Counted from the first letter of the stretch, positions 19,269 to 28,915 are shown. The stretch is DNA of 64,000 nucleotides from Microtetraspora sp. (GCA_044868295.1 JBIOWF010000229.1:12651-76650), one strand, 5' to 3'. Notes: generated by a model not told the origin, from the letters alone. Numbers and translations are program-made.

Positions 19269-21619
19269 TCAGCGGCCGAGGAGCCCCAAGGCGGCGTCGA
19301 CGATGCCGCCGACATCGATGCCGTGCAGTTTGTACGCGTCGTCGAGGCTGGAGGACTGGCCGAACCGGGTCACGCCCAGGCAGCGGATCCGGTCACCGCG
19401 AGCCCCGGCCAGGAACGACAGCGTGTGCGGGTGTCCGTCGAGGATCGTCACCAGCGGGGTCGGGTGTGCTGAGGGGAACAGCACTTCGATGATGTCGGTG
19501 CCGTCCTCGGCATCGACGCTGCCGCGTCGTTGGAAGGAGCGGAAGACAAGGTCCGGGCTGGTGAGGCAAACGACTCCTGCCGTGACATCGAGCTCTCGAA
19601 GTGCGGCGGCGGCGGACAGCACCTCGGGCATGATCGCCCCGACGCCCACCAGCGTGACCTGTTCGACGGCCGACTCGTGGTCGGTCAGCCGGTATCCCCC
19701 GGCGACGGACTGACGGCGTCGGCGCTCGAGCATGATCGGGTCGTCGGGCACGGCGGCGAGCGCGGGATCGATGGGCCGCGTCGACAGGCGGAAGTAGGCC
19801 GAGGTGCCTCCGGGGATTCCCACCTGACTCATCGCGTGCAGGAAGCACCATTCGAGGTCGTGCGCGAAAGCCGGCTCCCAGGCGACGCACCCCGGCTGTT
19901 CCAGGCCGATCGAGGGTGTCGTGATGGACTGGTGCGCTCCTCCCTCGGGCGCGAGGGTGATGCCCGACGGCGTGCCGACCAGGATGGACTGACCTCCGGC
20001 GTAGATGCCGTACGACCACGGTTCCAGCGCGCGCGACACGAACGGGTCATACAGCGTGGCGATGGGGATGAGGCGCTCTCCCCAGCGGCTCCATGTCGCG
20101 CCCAGCTCGGCGGCCAGCCCCACGAGGTTGACCTCCGCGATGCCGAGTTCGACATGCTGACCGCTCCTGCCCTCCGCCCAGCGCAGCACCCGCTGGCGAT
20201 CGTCGGCGAACCAGTCACGCCGGTCCTGGACCGACCACACACCGGCTTTGTTGATCCAGCCGCCCAGGTTGGTGGAGGAGGCGACGTCCGGGCTGCACGT
20301 CACCACGCGACGTGCCACCTCTGGGGCGTCGCGGTGGATGTCCGCGAGCAGCCGGCCCAGGGCCGCCTGGGTCGACGTGGCCTTGCGATGGGGATGCCCC
20401 AATGACGAGGGAACCCTGATCGGGGGCGCGGCGGCGACGGTGTCGCGCCGGAGCTGGTCGCCGCGCCGGCGGCACAGCCTTCCCTCGGCGCTCTCCGGGT
20501 CGAAAGGTCGCCAGGGGTCCTCGGCCGACATGCCGCAGGCCTGGGCGAGCATCTCCATCTGCGCACCGGTGAGCAGCGCCGAGTGATTGTTCGGATGCCC
20601 CTCGGTCGGAAGGCGGCACCCCTTGATCGTGTACGCGAAGACGACGGTGGGACGGGCCGCGTCGATGGCGCCGAACGTGTCGAGCAGCAGACCGAGATCG
20701 TGTCCACCCAGGTCACGCACAAGCGACGCCACCTGGTCCGCCCGCATGGCGGCCAGGAGGCCGCGGAGCGCGAGGTCGTCGTGCCCGGCGACGATCCGTT
20801 CGACCAGTTCGTCGCTCTCGGTGCGGAGCAGGCGCTGATACTCCTCGTTGGGCATCTCCTCCAGTCGCCGGCGAAGCGCCTGTCCCCCCGGACGCGCAAA
20901 GACCTCGGAGATCTCACGACCCCATTTGAGGGTGACGACCTCCCACCCGGCGGCCGAGAACATGCCCTGGAGTCTGCCGATCTGGATGTCCGGCACCACT
21001 CGGTCCAGTGACTGCCGGTTGAGGTCGACGACCCACAGCAGCTCGCCGAGCTTCGCGACGGCCGGGTCGGCGACCGCCTCCCAGATGGCGCCCTCATCGA
21101 GCTCCGCGTCACCCAGCAGGCTGATGAACCGGCCCGCGGGGGGACTCGAGGGGAAATGTGAGGAGACATAGCGGTGCGACATGGCCGCCCAGAGAGCCGC
21201 GGTCGCGCCGATCCCCACAGAGCCCGTGGAGAAGTCAACGGTGTCCGGGTCCTTCAGACGGCTGGGATAGCTCTGCAGTCCCCCTTGGCCCGCAGGGTGG
21301 TCAGGAACTCCGGCTTCAGGTCACCCAGCAGGTAGTTGATCGCGTGCAGCACAGGTGAGGCGTGGGGCTTGACCGACACCCGGTCGTACGCGGTGAGCTC
21401 ATGCAACCAGAGGGCCACCATGATGTCGACCATCGACGCCGAGGAGGCCTGGTGCCCGCCCACCTTCACGCCGGAGGTGTTCGGCCGCCTCCGGTTGGCC
21501 GCGTCCACGATGGCGGTGGCGAGCCACAGGACCCGCTGGGAGATCGCGCGCAGAGTGGCGGTGTCCGGCCGCGAAACGATCGAGCCGATGGCCGGGTCGA
21601 GCTGGGACAGTAAAGCCAT
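19269..21619 (-). pseudogene. Pyruvate-dehydrogenase-E1-type (homodimeric, transketolase-like) enzyme with an apparent 1-nt frameshift
   Basis: The N-terminus (MALLSQLDPAIG...KVGGHQASSASMVDIM...TLRAKG) is in the frame of ORF 21254-21727. The continuation GLQSYPSRLKDPDTVDFSTGSVGIGATAALW... is in the 19269-21218 frame. The shift is at the C5 run 21280-21284 (coding strand AAGGGGGAC); six G would give KGGLQSYP. Confidence 0.8.
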
Positions 21620-21858
21620 GGTGTCCTCGAAGTCGCGAAGCCGGAGAAGAGGCGTCAAGCACGACTCTGTCTGTGGGGTCGTGGCGCTGTGGGTCCTGGA
21701 TCTGGGGCGCTGGAGAGCGTCCCGCACTGGAATGGTCCGACGCCTCGGCTACCGCGACAACACCTGCTGCGCCGGTGTTGCGCAGAACGCAGCTCTCATC
21801 GCCTGCCAAGGCCAGATGTGAGCATGATGTGTGAAGGTGTCCGCACGAAAGGCAGCCC

Positions 21859-22317
21859 ATGCCCCGCCACAACCTCGATCAGGTCGATCACCAGATCCTC
21901 GACATCCTCCGGCGCGACGCGCGGGCGCCCATCAGCGATATAGCGCGGGCGGTCAGCCTGTCCTCGGCTCCCGTGACGCGGCGGATCCAGCGACTCGAAC
22001 GACTGGGGGTCATCAGGGGGTACGTCGCCCTCATCGACGATCAGTTGTCGGGCAACTTGGAGGCGTTCACCGAGATCCGGCTCAACGGGGCCACCGAGAC
22101 CGGCGAACTCGCCCAGATCTTGAAGGAAATCCCCGAGGTTCAGGATTTCTTCACCATCGCGGGTGATCCCGACGCGTTGGTGCGCATACGGGTGGACGAC
22201 GTCGATCACCTGCAACGGGTCGTGAACGCGATGCGCCGTACCGGCAAATTGACCGGGACCAAGACGCTTATCGTCATGTACCAGTGGAGCCGCCTGGACA
22301 GCACCCTCGAAGAGTAG
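21859..22317 (+). CDS. Lrp/AsnC-family transcriptional regulator
   Basis: 152 aa with an HTH (ISDIARAVSLSSAPVTRRIQRLE) and a RAM domain. Divergent from the E1-like gene. Confidence 0.9.
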   Translation: MPRHNLDQVDHQILDILRRDARAPISDIARAVSLSSAPVTRRIQRLERLGVIRGYVALIDDQLSGNLEAFTEIRLNGATETGELAQILKEIPEVQDFFTIAGDPDALVRIRVDDVDHLQRVVNAMRRTGKLTGTKTLIVMYQWSRLDSTLEE

Positions 22318-22346
22318 GTGCCGATCGCGCCCCAGTGGCCACGGCC

Positions 22347-23009
22347 CTACTCGCAGGCGTCGGCGAGCCAGTCGAGGACGCGGAGCGGATCCGGGAGGGG
22401 GCGGCCGTCGGGCGGCCGGATCCAGGTCACCACGGAGCCGGTGGCCAGGGCCGACGGCGGCGCCAGGACGTAGCTGTCGCGGCAGTGCCAACGCAGGCCG
22501 GGCGTGGTCTCGATGGTCTCGGGCGCGTAGTCGAGGTGGCAGGACCACCACTCGTCCTCGTCCTCGGGCGCGCCCCGGGTGGCGACGTAAAAAAGGACCC
22601 GTTCGCCGTCGGCGGCGACCGGGCCCGTTGCGAAGCGAGCGGCGTCCATGGCGGCCAGCGCGGCCGTCCCGGCCGCCGCCGGCACGTCGAATACGTCGAA
22701 CACTCTGCCTGTCGGGAGGATCACATTGGCATCGGGATTCTGCTCCCACCAGCGGGTCAGCAGCGCCGAGTCGACCGTGGCCTGCATCTTCCAGGCCGGG
22801 GAGAGCGGATGCGCGCCCGGCTCGGGACAGCCGAGCCGGTCACAGGAGCAGGCCCGGCCGCCCTCGCCCAGCGGATGGGCCCCCATACAGCTCGCCCAGC
22901 CGAGCTGGGCGTATTCGAGCACCGAGGTGACCTTCCGCGGCGCTCGATGCGCACGCCGTTTCGTGCGGCGAGCCAGCGGTACCCCCACCATGGCGCTCCT
23001 CCCCCACAA
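22347..23009 (-). CDS. Bifunctional DNA primase/polymerase (Prim-Pol) N-terminal domain protein
   Basis: YAQLGW...CSCDRLGCPEPGAHP...ANVILPTGRVFDVFDVP pattern typical of the actinobacterial Prim-Pol domain family. Start uncertain. Confidence 0.65.
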   Translation of the reverse strand: MWGRSAMVGVPLARRTKRRAHRAPRKVTSVLEYAQLGWASCMGAHPLGEGGRACSCDRLGCPEPGAHPLSPAWKMQATVDSALLTRWWEQNPDANVILPTGRVFDVFDVPAAAGTAALAAMDAARFATGPVAADGERVLFYVATRGAPEDEDEWWSCHLDYAPETIETTPGLRWHCRDSYVLAPPSALATGSVVTWIRPPDGRPLPDPLRVLDWLADACE

Positions 23010-23080
23010 GATGACCCTGTTGCACCTGATAATGCCCTTTGGGTAAGCCGACGCACAGCGCGACCCCCGGATATGACCCG

Positions 23081-24067
23081 TCAGGATAGTCTTCGCGCCA
23101 CCTCCGTGGCCCAGTAAGTCAAAATGAGATCCGCTCCGGCCCGGCGAATGGCGATGAGCGACTCCATGATGACGCGTTCCCGATCGATCCAGCCGTTGGC
23201 CGCCGCCGCCTCGACCATCGCGTACTCACCGCTGACCTGATAGGCCGCGACCGGCACCTCGACCAGGTCACGCACCTGGCGCAGGATGTCCAGGTAGGCG
23301 AGAGCCGGCTTGACCATGACCGCGTCCGCGCCCTCCGCGAGGTCGAGCCGCACCTCGCGCAGCGCCTCGCCGATCGGGCCCGCCGGATCCTGCTGGTACG
23401 CGTTGCGGTCGCCGAACCGGGGCGCGCACTCGGCCGCGTCCCGGAAGGGGCCGTAGAAGGCCGAGGCGTACTTCGCCGAGTAGGCGAGGATCGGGATCTC
23501 GGCGAAGCCGTTCGCGTCGAGCGCTTCCCGGATGGCCCTGACCTGCCCGTCCATCATGCCGCTCGGCGCGATCATCTGGGATCCGGCGGCCGCCTGCGCG
23601 ACCGCGGCGGAGCCGTACCGCTCCAGGGTCGCGTCGTTGTCCACCTCGCCGGTCTCGGTCAGCAGGCCGCAGTGACCGTGGTCGGTGTACTCGTCCAGGC
23701 ACGTGTCCGTCATCACCACGAGCGCGTCGCCCACCTCTGCGGCGACGTCCGCGAGCGCGAGCTGCACGATCCCCTCGGGATCGTCGGCGGCCGAGCCCCG
23801 CGCGTCCTTGTGCAGCGGCACCCCGAACAGCATCACGCCGCCCACCCCGGCCTCGGCCGCCTCGTGGGCGGCCTTGCGCAGCGAGTCACGTGTGTGCTGG
23901 AAGACCCCGGGCATGGATCCGACCGGCTGCGGCTCGTCGATGCCCTCCTTGACGAACATCGGCAGGATCAGCTCGGCGGGGTGCAGCCGCGTCCCGGCCA
24001 CCATCCGGCGTAACGGCGGGGTACGGCGCAGCCGCCGCGGCCGCGCCACCGGGAATTCTGCGTTCAA
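23081..24067 (-). CDS. hemB: Porphobilinogen synthase (delta-aminolevulinic acid dehydratase)
   Basis: 328 aa with a typical HemB sequence ([16 protein letters not shown]). TTG start. Confidence 0.95.
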   Translation of the reverse strand: MNAEFPVARPRRLRRTPPLRRMVAGTRLHPAELILPMFVKEGIDEPQPVGSMPGVFQHTRDSLRKAAHEAAEAGVGGVMLFGVPLHKDARGSAADDPEGIVQLALADVAAEVGDALVVMTDTCLDEYTDHGHCGLLTETGEVDNDATLERYGSAAVAQAAAGSQMIAPSGMMDGQVRAIREALDANGFAEIPILAYSAKYASAFYGPFRDAAECAPRFGDRNAYQQDPAGPIGEALREVRLDLAEGADAVMVKPALAYLDILRQVRDLVEVPVAAYQVSGEYAMVEAAAANGWIDRERVIMESLIAIRRAGADLILTYWATEVARRLS

Positions 24068-24157
24068 TGTGGTTTCTCCGCTCGGGCCTCGGATGACCTC
24101 GTGACATGTCCAACGCGCCGGACCGCGCAGGTCATCCCGGCGGCTACCGGCGCGACA

Positions 24158-25747
24158 TCATTTGGTGCGGCGCCGCGCGCCCCGGCGAGTCTGGGACGGC
24201 CGGCGAGGAACCTCACCGGCTGAGACGGCCGCGTGCCGCTGCTTGGCACCATACTGCGCGAGGGCCGCCGCCAGGGCGGAAGCTGACGGCTTGTCAGCCA
24301 TCACGTCGACCCGGAGGCCGAACTCCTCGGCCGTCTTGGCGGTCTGCGGGCCGATGACCGCGATGACCGTGACGTTGTGCGGCTTGCCGGCGATGCCGAC
24401 GAGATTGCGCACGGTCGAGGACGACGTGAAGAGCACGGCGTCGAAACCGCCGCCCTTGATCGCCTCACGGATCGGCGCGGGCGGCGGCGCCGCGCGCACC
24501 GTCCGGTACGCCGTCACGTCGTCGCACTCCCAGCCCAGCTCGGTCAGCCCGGCGACCAACGCCTCGGTGGCGATGTCCGCGCGGGGCAGCAGGACGCGGT
24601 TGATCGGGTCCAGCATCGAGTCGTACGGAGGCCACTCGGCCAGCAGGCCTTCCGACGACTGGTCGCCGGTCGGCGTCAGGTCGGGCTTCACTCCGAACTC
24701 GACGAGCGCCTTCGAGGTGGCGTCGCCGACGGCCGCCACCTTCAGCCCGGCGAACGCCCGCGCGTCCAGGCCGTACTCCTCGAACTTCTCGCGGACGGCC
24801 TTGACGGCGTTGGCGCTGGTGAAGGCGACCCACTCGTAGCGCCCGGTGACCAGGCCCTTGATGGCCCGGTCCATCTGCTGCGGGGTGCGCGGCGGCTCCA
24901 CGGAGATCGTCGGCACCTCCTCGGGCACCGCGCCGTAGGACCGCAGCTGCTCCGACAGCCCGGCCGCCTGTTCCTTCGTACGCGGCACGAGGACCCGCCA
25001 GCCGAACAGCGACTTGGTCTCGAACCACGACAGCCGGTCGCGCATGCCGACGGCCTCACCGACGACGATGATCGCCGGCTCGGTCATGCCCGCGTGCTTG
25101 AGGTCGGGGCCGATCCGGCCGAGCGAGGACACCACGGTGTACTGCTCGGTCGTGGTGCCGTCGCTCGTCACCGCGACCGGGGTCGAGTCGGGCTTGCCGC
25201 CCGCGATCAGCGCCTTGGCGATCGGAACCGCGTCCGCGACGCCGTTGTAGATGACCAGGGTGCCCTCGCACGTGGCGTGCCGTGCCCAATCGTTCACCTG
25301 CGCGGCGTCCACGATCCGGAACTCCGGGACGGCCACCGCCGGCGGGATCCCCGCATAGGTCAGTACGGCTGTCGCGGGCGGGACGCCTGGCACGATCTCG
25401 AAGTCGACGTCGGCCTTGGCGCAGGCCGCGACCTCGTCGGTGACCGAGGAGAAGAACGACGGATCGCCGGGGCACACCCGCACGACGATCCGGCCGGCCT
25501 TCGCCTCCTGAACCGTCTTCAGCGACACCGACCCCTCGACGGCGTCGGCCGCGATGTCCACGACCTCCACGCCCTCACGGCAGTGGCGGAGCAGCGGCGC
25601 GTGCACGTCGTGGTCGATGAGCACGACGTCGGCCTTGGCCAGCAGTTCGGCGCCACGAAGGGTGAGCAGGTTCTCATCGCCGGGGCCCGCGCCGACGAAG
25701 GCGACGAACCCGGGCCGGGGCTCTGGACTGTGATTCGCGGGGCTCAA
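24158..25747 (-). CDS. Bifunctional uroporphyrinogen-III C-methyltransferase / uroporphyrinogen-III synthase
   Basis: N-terminal SAM methylase (FVGAGPGDENLLTLRG) fused to a HemD-like C-terminal half. This is the usual actinobacterial fusion. Overlaps the hemC stop. Confidence 0.9.
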   Translation of the reverse strand: MSPANHSPEPRPGFVAFVGAGPGDENLLTLRGAELLAKADVVLIDHDVHAPLLRHCREGVEVVDIAADAVEGSVSLKTVQEAKAGRIVVRVCPGDPSFFSSVTDEVAACAKADVDFEIVPGVPPATAVLTYAGIPPAVAVPEFRIVDAAQVNDWARHATCEGTLVIYNGVADAVPIAKALIAGGKPDSTPVAVTSDGTTTEQYTVVSSLGRIGPDLKHAGMTEPAIIVVGEAVGMRDRLSWFETKSLFGWRVLVPRTKEQAAGLSEQLRSYGAVPEEVPTISVEPPRTPQQMDRAIKGLVTGRYEWVAFTSANAVKAVREKFEEYGLDARAFAGLKVAAVGDATSKALVEFGVKPDLTPTGDQSSEGLLAEWPPYDSMLDPINRVLLPRADIATEALVAGLTELGWECDDVTAYRTVRAAPPPAPIREAIKGGGFDAVLFTSSSTVRNLVGIAGKPHNVTVIAVIGPQTAKTAEEFGLRVDVMADKPSASALAAALAQYGAKQRHAAVSAGEVPRRPSQTRRGARRRTK

Positions 25748-26676
25748 AGTGCCTGTTCCCCCATCAACGTGCCGGCCCCTTCGGCGATCATGGCGGCCGC
25801 GAGCTCGCGACCCAGGCCCATGGCCGCCGGAGAAGGTCCGGAGGTGGACTTGCGCACTGATCGGACACCGTCGATGGCCACGACGGCGGCGGTCAGGTTG
25901 AGAATGTGCCCGTCAACGGAGGCGAACGCACCTACCGGCGCCGCGCAGCCCGCCTCAAGGGCCGAGAGCACCGCCCGCTCCGCGGTGACCGCGGCGCGGG
26001 TGTGCGAATCGTCCATGACGCCCAGCAGCTCGATCAGATCGGCGCGGGTGGCCAGGCACTCGACGGCGAGCGCGCCCTGACCCGGCGCGGGCAGCATCTC
26101 GTCGACCTCGAAGATCTGGGAGATCTCGCTGTCCCGGCCGATCCTGGCGAGCCCGGCCGCGGCCAGCACAACCCCGTCCAGCTCGCCCGAGGTGACCTTG
26201 CCGATGCGGGTGTCCGCGTTGCCCCTGATCGGGACGTAGTGCAGGTCCGGCCGCAGCGCGCGCAGTTGCGCGATGCGGCGCGGAGAGCCGGTGCCGACCT
26301 TCGCGCCCGGCGGCAGATCCGAGAGCGGGGCCGGGCCGACCAACGCGTCACGCGGGTCGTCACGCGGCGATATGGCGGCGATCACGATCCGCTCGTCCAC
26401 CGCCGTCGGCAGGTCCTTGAGCGAGTGGACCGCGAAGTCGATCTCACCGTCGATGAGCTTGGCACGCAGCTCGCTGACGAACACCCCGGTGCCGCCGAGC
26501 TGCGTGAGCTGGGCCTTCGTGACGTCGCCGAACGTCGTGACGCCCACGAGCTCGACGCTCCGGCCGGTCAGCGCCGTCAACCGGTCGGCCACGAGCTGGG
26601 ACTGCGTGGTCGCCATCAGGCTCTTGCGGGTGCCGAGCCGCAACGGGCCGTCGTGGCCGTGCATTCGCTCGCTCAT
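25744..26676 (-). CDS. hemC: Hydroxymethylbilane synthase (porphobilinogen deaminase)
   Basis: The ATG at 26676 is preceded by GGCGAGGGGG. The protein reads MSERMHGHDGPLRLGTRKSLMATTQSQ... The TTG at 26727 from the ORF track is rejected. Confidence 0.9.
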   Translation of the reverse strand: MSERMHGHDGPLRLGTRKSLMATTQSQLVADRLTALTGRSVELVGVTTFGDVTKAQLTQLGGTGVFVSELRAKLIDGEIDFAVHSLKDLPTAVDERIVIAAISPRDDPRDALVGPAPLSDLPPGAKVGTGSPRRIAQLRALRPDLHYVPIRGNADTRIGKVTSGELDGVVLAAAGLARIGRDSEISQIFEVDEMLPAPGQGALAVECLATRADLIELLGVMDDSHTRAAVTAERAVLSALEAGCAAPVGAFASVDGHILNLTAAVVAIDGVRSVRKSTSGPSPAAMGLGRELAAAMIAEGAGTLMGEQAL

Positions 26677-26783
26677 GACACCCCCTCGCCTAGCGGCTCG
26701 GGGTCTGGTCGTGCCGAAGGCGCGCAATTCGACACTTCGCGAAACGCACTGTGCTTATCGATTCGCTCGCTACGCTCGCTCAT
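26673..26783 (-). repeat. MIRU-like intercistronic element, proximal copy, 36-aa mini-ORF (MSERSERIDKHSAFREVSNCAPSARPDPEPLGEGVS) ending on the hemC ATG
   Basis: The ATG at 26783-26781 overlaps the TGA of the distal copy. The TGA at 26675-26673 overlaps the hemC ATG. Nearly identical to the distal copy apart from an in-frame 27-nt length difference (a ~30-nt block replaces one TGC codon). Confidence 0.85.
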
Positions 26784-26863
26784 GACACCCCCTCGCCTAG
26801 CGGCTCGGGGTCGCATTCGCGAAACGCACTGCGCTTATTGATTCGCTCGCTACGCTCGCTCAT
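26780..26863 (-). repeat. MIRU-like intercistronic element, distal copy, 27-aa mini-ORF (MSERSERINKRSAFRECDPEPLGEGVS) starting on the hemA stop
   Basis: The ATG at 26863-26861 overlaps the hemA TGA (ATGA). The TGA at 26782-26780 overlaps the ATG of the next copy. Confidence 0.85.
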
Positions 26864-28170
26864 GAGTCGGCCTCCATCCGGGAAACGGCGTCGGGCGCCT
26901 TGGGATCGAGGTTGAACAGCTCGCGCAACGCCTCCGCATAATGATCGCCCGCCGGGGACGCGGCCAGCTGCTTGACACGCACGGTCGGCTCGTGAAGCAG
27001 TTTGTCCACCACCCGCCGCACGGTCTGGGCGACCTCGTCGCGCACCCGACCGTCCAGCTCCGGCACGCGCGAGACCAGCCGGCCGATCTCGGCCTCGACG
27101 ACGTCGGCGGCCTTGCTGCGCAGCGCGATCACCGTCGGTGTCACCCTCGCCGACCGCTCCGCTTCGAGATAGGCGGTGACCTCCTCGGTGACGATCTCCT
27201 TCACCGCGAGGATCGCCTCGCCCCGGCCGCCGTCGTCGGCGCCGAGCCCGGCCTGCTGCATCGACTCCAGGTCGACGAGTGTCACGCCCGGCAGGGCGCG
27301 CACGCCCGGATCCACGTCGTGCGGCAGAGCGAGGTCAAGCAGGAAGAGCTGCGTCGAGGGGTCGCGGCCGGCGATCGCGGCGGAGACCATGTCGACGGTG
27401 ACGGCGCGGGAGCCGGCACCGACGCACGAGACCACCAGGTCGGCCCCGGCCAGCTCGGCGGGGATGTCCGCCAGCTCGACGGCCCGGCCGCCGATGGCCT
27501 CCGCCAGCCGTACGCCACGCTCGAAGGTGCGGTTCGCGATGACGATGTCGGTCACGCCCGCGCGGGCGAGAGACGCCGCGGACAGCGCGCTCATCGATCC
27601 CGCGCCGACGACCAGGGCCCGCTTGCCGGCGATCGGGCCGAGCACCCGCTCGGCGAGCGACAGGCCGACCCCGATCAGGGAGGCTCCCGCCCGGTCGATG
27701 CCGGTGTCGGTGTGCGCCCGCTTACCGACCCGCAGAGCCTGCTGGGTGAGCTCGTTGAGCGAGGTCCCGGCGGTGCCCTCGTTCTGCGCCAACCTGAGCG
27801 CCGTGCGGATCTGGCCGAGGATCTGGCCCTCACCGATCACCATGGAGTCGAGGCCGCAGGCCACCGAGAACAGGTGCTGGACGGCGCGGTCCTCGTAATG
27901 CACGTACAGGTGCTTGGTGAGCTGCTCCTGGGGGATGCCCGAATGCACGCTGAGCAGGTCCGTCACCGCGGCCAGCCCGCCGTGGAAGCGGTCCACGTCC
28001 GCGTAGACCTCGACGCGGTTGCACGTGGACACGACGAGGACCTCGGACACGTGCTGGTCCCGCTGCACGTCGTGCAGCAGTTTCACGAGCGCGTCACCGC
28101 TCACCGTCACGCGTTCGAGTAATGCGACCGGGGCGGTGTGGTGGCTGACGCCGACGGCGAGGATGCTCAT
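26860..28170 (-). CDS. hemA: Glutamyl-tRNA reductase
   Basis: 436 aa with a typical HemA sequence (MSILAVGVSHHTAPV, STCNRVEVY). Confidence 0.95.
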   Translation of the reverse strand: MSILAVGVSHHTAPVALLERVTVSGDALVKLLHDVQRDQHVSEVLVVSTCNRVEVYADVDRFHGGLAAVTDLLSVHSGIPQEQLTKHLYVHYEDRAVQHLFSVACGLDSMVIGEGQILGQIRTALRLAQNEGTAGTSLNELTQQALRVGKRAHTDTGIDRAGASLIGVGLSLAERVLGPIAGKRALVVGAGSMSALSAASLARAGVTDIVIANRTFERGVRLAEAIGGRAVELADIPAELAGADLVVSCVGAGSRAVTVDMVSAAIAGRDPSTQLFLLDLALPHDVDPGVRALPGVTLVDLESMQQAGLGADDGGRGEAILAVKEIVTEEVTAYLEAERSARVTPTVIALRSKAADVVEAEIGRLVSRVPELDGRVRDEVAQTVRRVVDKLLHEPTVRVKQLAASPAGDHYAEALRELFNLDPKAPDAVSRMEADS

Positions 28171-28220
28171 GCTGTCGCCTCACCATGCGACTCGACCCAA
28201 TGGGGGCGCTCGCCACTCAT
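28167..28220 (-). repeat. Divergent linker mini-ORF (MSGERPHWVESHGEATA, 17 aa) bridging rex and hemA
   Basis: The ATG at 28220-28218 overlaps the rex TGA. The TGA at 28169-28167 overlaps the hemA ATG. Begins ATGAGTGGCGAGCG, resembling the 5-prime module of the MSER elements. Confidence 0.6.
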
Positions 28221-28915
28221 ACGATCGCCCCGTCGGGCCACTCGTCGCCAATCATCGGGCCCTCACTTGCTTTGCGCTGCTCATGAAACGCAAGGATCTG
28301 CAGTTCAATGGACAAATCGACCTTACGGACATCGACGCCGTCCGGCACCGTCAAGACGACAGGAGCGAAATTCAAGATACTGGTGACCCCGGTGGCGGTG
28401 ACGCGGTCGCACACCTCCTGCGCTGCCGTCGCCGGCGTCGCTATCACCACTATCGACACTCCACGCCTCTTGATCACGGTTTCGAGCTCGTCGGTGTGCT
28501 CCACGACGAGACCGGCGATCCGGTCGCCCACCACGCCCGGGTCGGCGTCGAGCAGGCCCGCCACGCGGAACCCTCTCGAAACGAACCCGCCATAGTTGGC
28601 GAGGGCTCGCCCGAGATTACCCACACCCACGATGGCGACTGCCCAATCCTGGGTGAGACCGAGCTCACGTGAGATCTGGTAGATCAGGTACTGCACGTCG
28701 TAACCGACCCCGCGCGTGCCGTACGACCCGAGATGGGACAGGTCCTTGCGGAGCTTCGCGGAGTTTACCCCCGCTGCCAGGGCGAGGTCTTCCGAGCTCA
28801 CCGTCGCCGTGCCCCGCTCGGCCAACCCGTTCAGCGCGCGCAAGTAGAGCGGCAGTCTCGCGACCGTCGCGTCAGGAATGCCACGCTCACGCGCTTGCGA
28901 GATACGGCGGATCAC
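28217..28915 (-). CDS. rex: Redox-sensing transcriptional repressor Rex
   Basis: 232 aa with a winged helix (ATVARLPLYLRAL) and a Rossmann GVGNLGRAL motif. Heads a rex-hemA-hemC-hemD block as in Streptomyces. Confidence 0.92.
   Translation of the reverse strand: MIRRISQARERGIPDATVARLPLYLRALNGLAERGTATVSSEDLALAAGVNSAKLRKDLSHLGSYGTRGVGYDVQYLIYQISRELGLTQDWAVAIVGVGNLGRALANYGGFVSRGFRVAGLLDADPGVVGDRIAGLVVEHTDELETVIKRRGVSIVVIATPATAAQEVCDRVTATGVTSILNFAPVVLTVPDGVDVRKVDLSIELQILAFHEQRKASEGPMIGDEWPDGAIV

Noticed and set aside
22347-23009. The Prim-Pol domain gene, considered as a marker of an integrated plasmid or phage.
   Set aside because: The flanks are core genes (Lrp, the E1-like gene, hemB). I saw no integrase, no att-like repeats, no tRNA and no compositional break.
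24068-24157. The hemD-hemB gap, examined for an MSER-type linker ORF.
   Set aside because: The candidate ORFs (MMSRR, and a 75-codon ORF starting MDMSRGHP) do not terminate on the hemB start. They share only short motif-level resemblance.
26677-26727. The ORF-track start (TTG at 26727) giving a 327-aa HemC.
   Set aside because: The extension runs through the repeat element in a different frame and has no Shine-Dalgarno sequence. The ATG at 26676 has a strong GGCGAGGGGG Shine-Dalgarno sequence and gives a normal HemC N-terminus.
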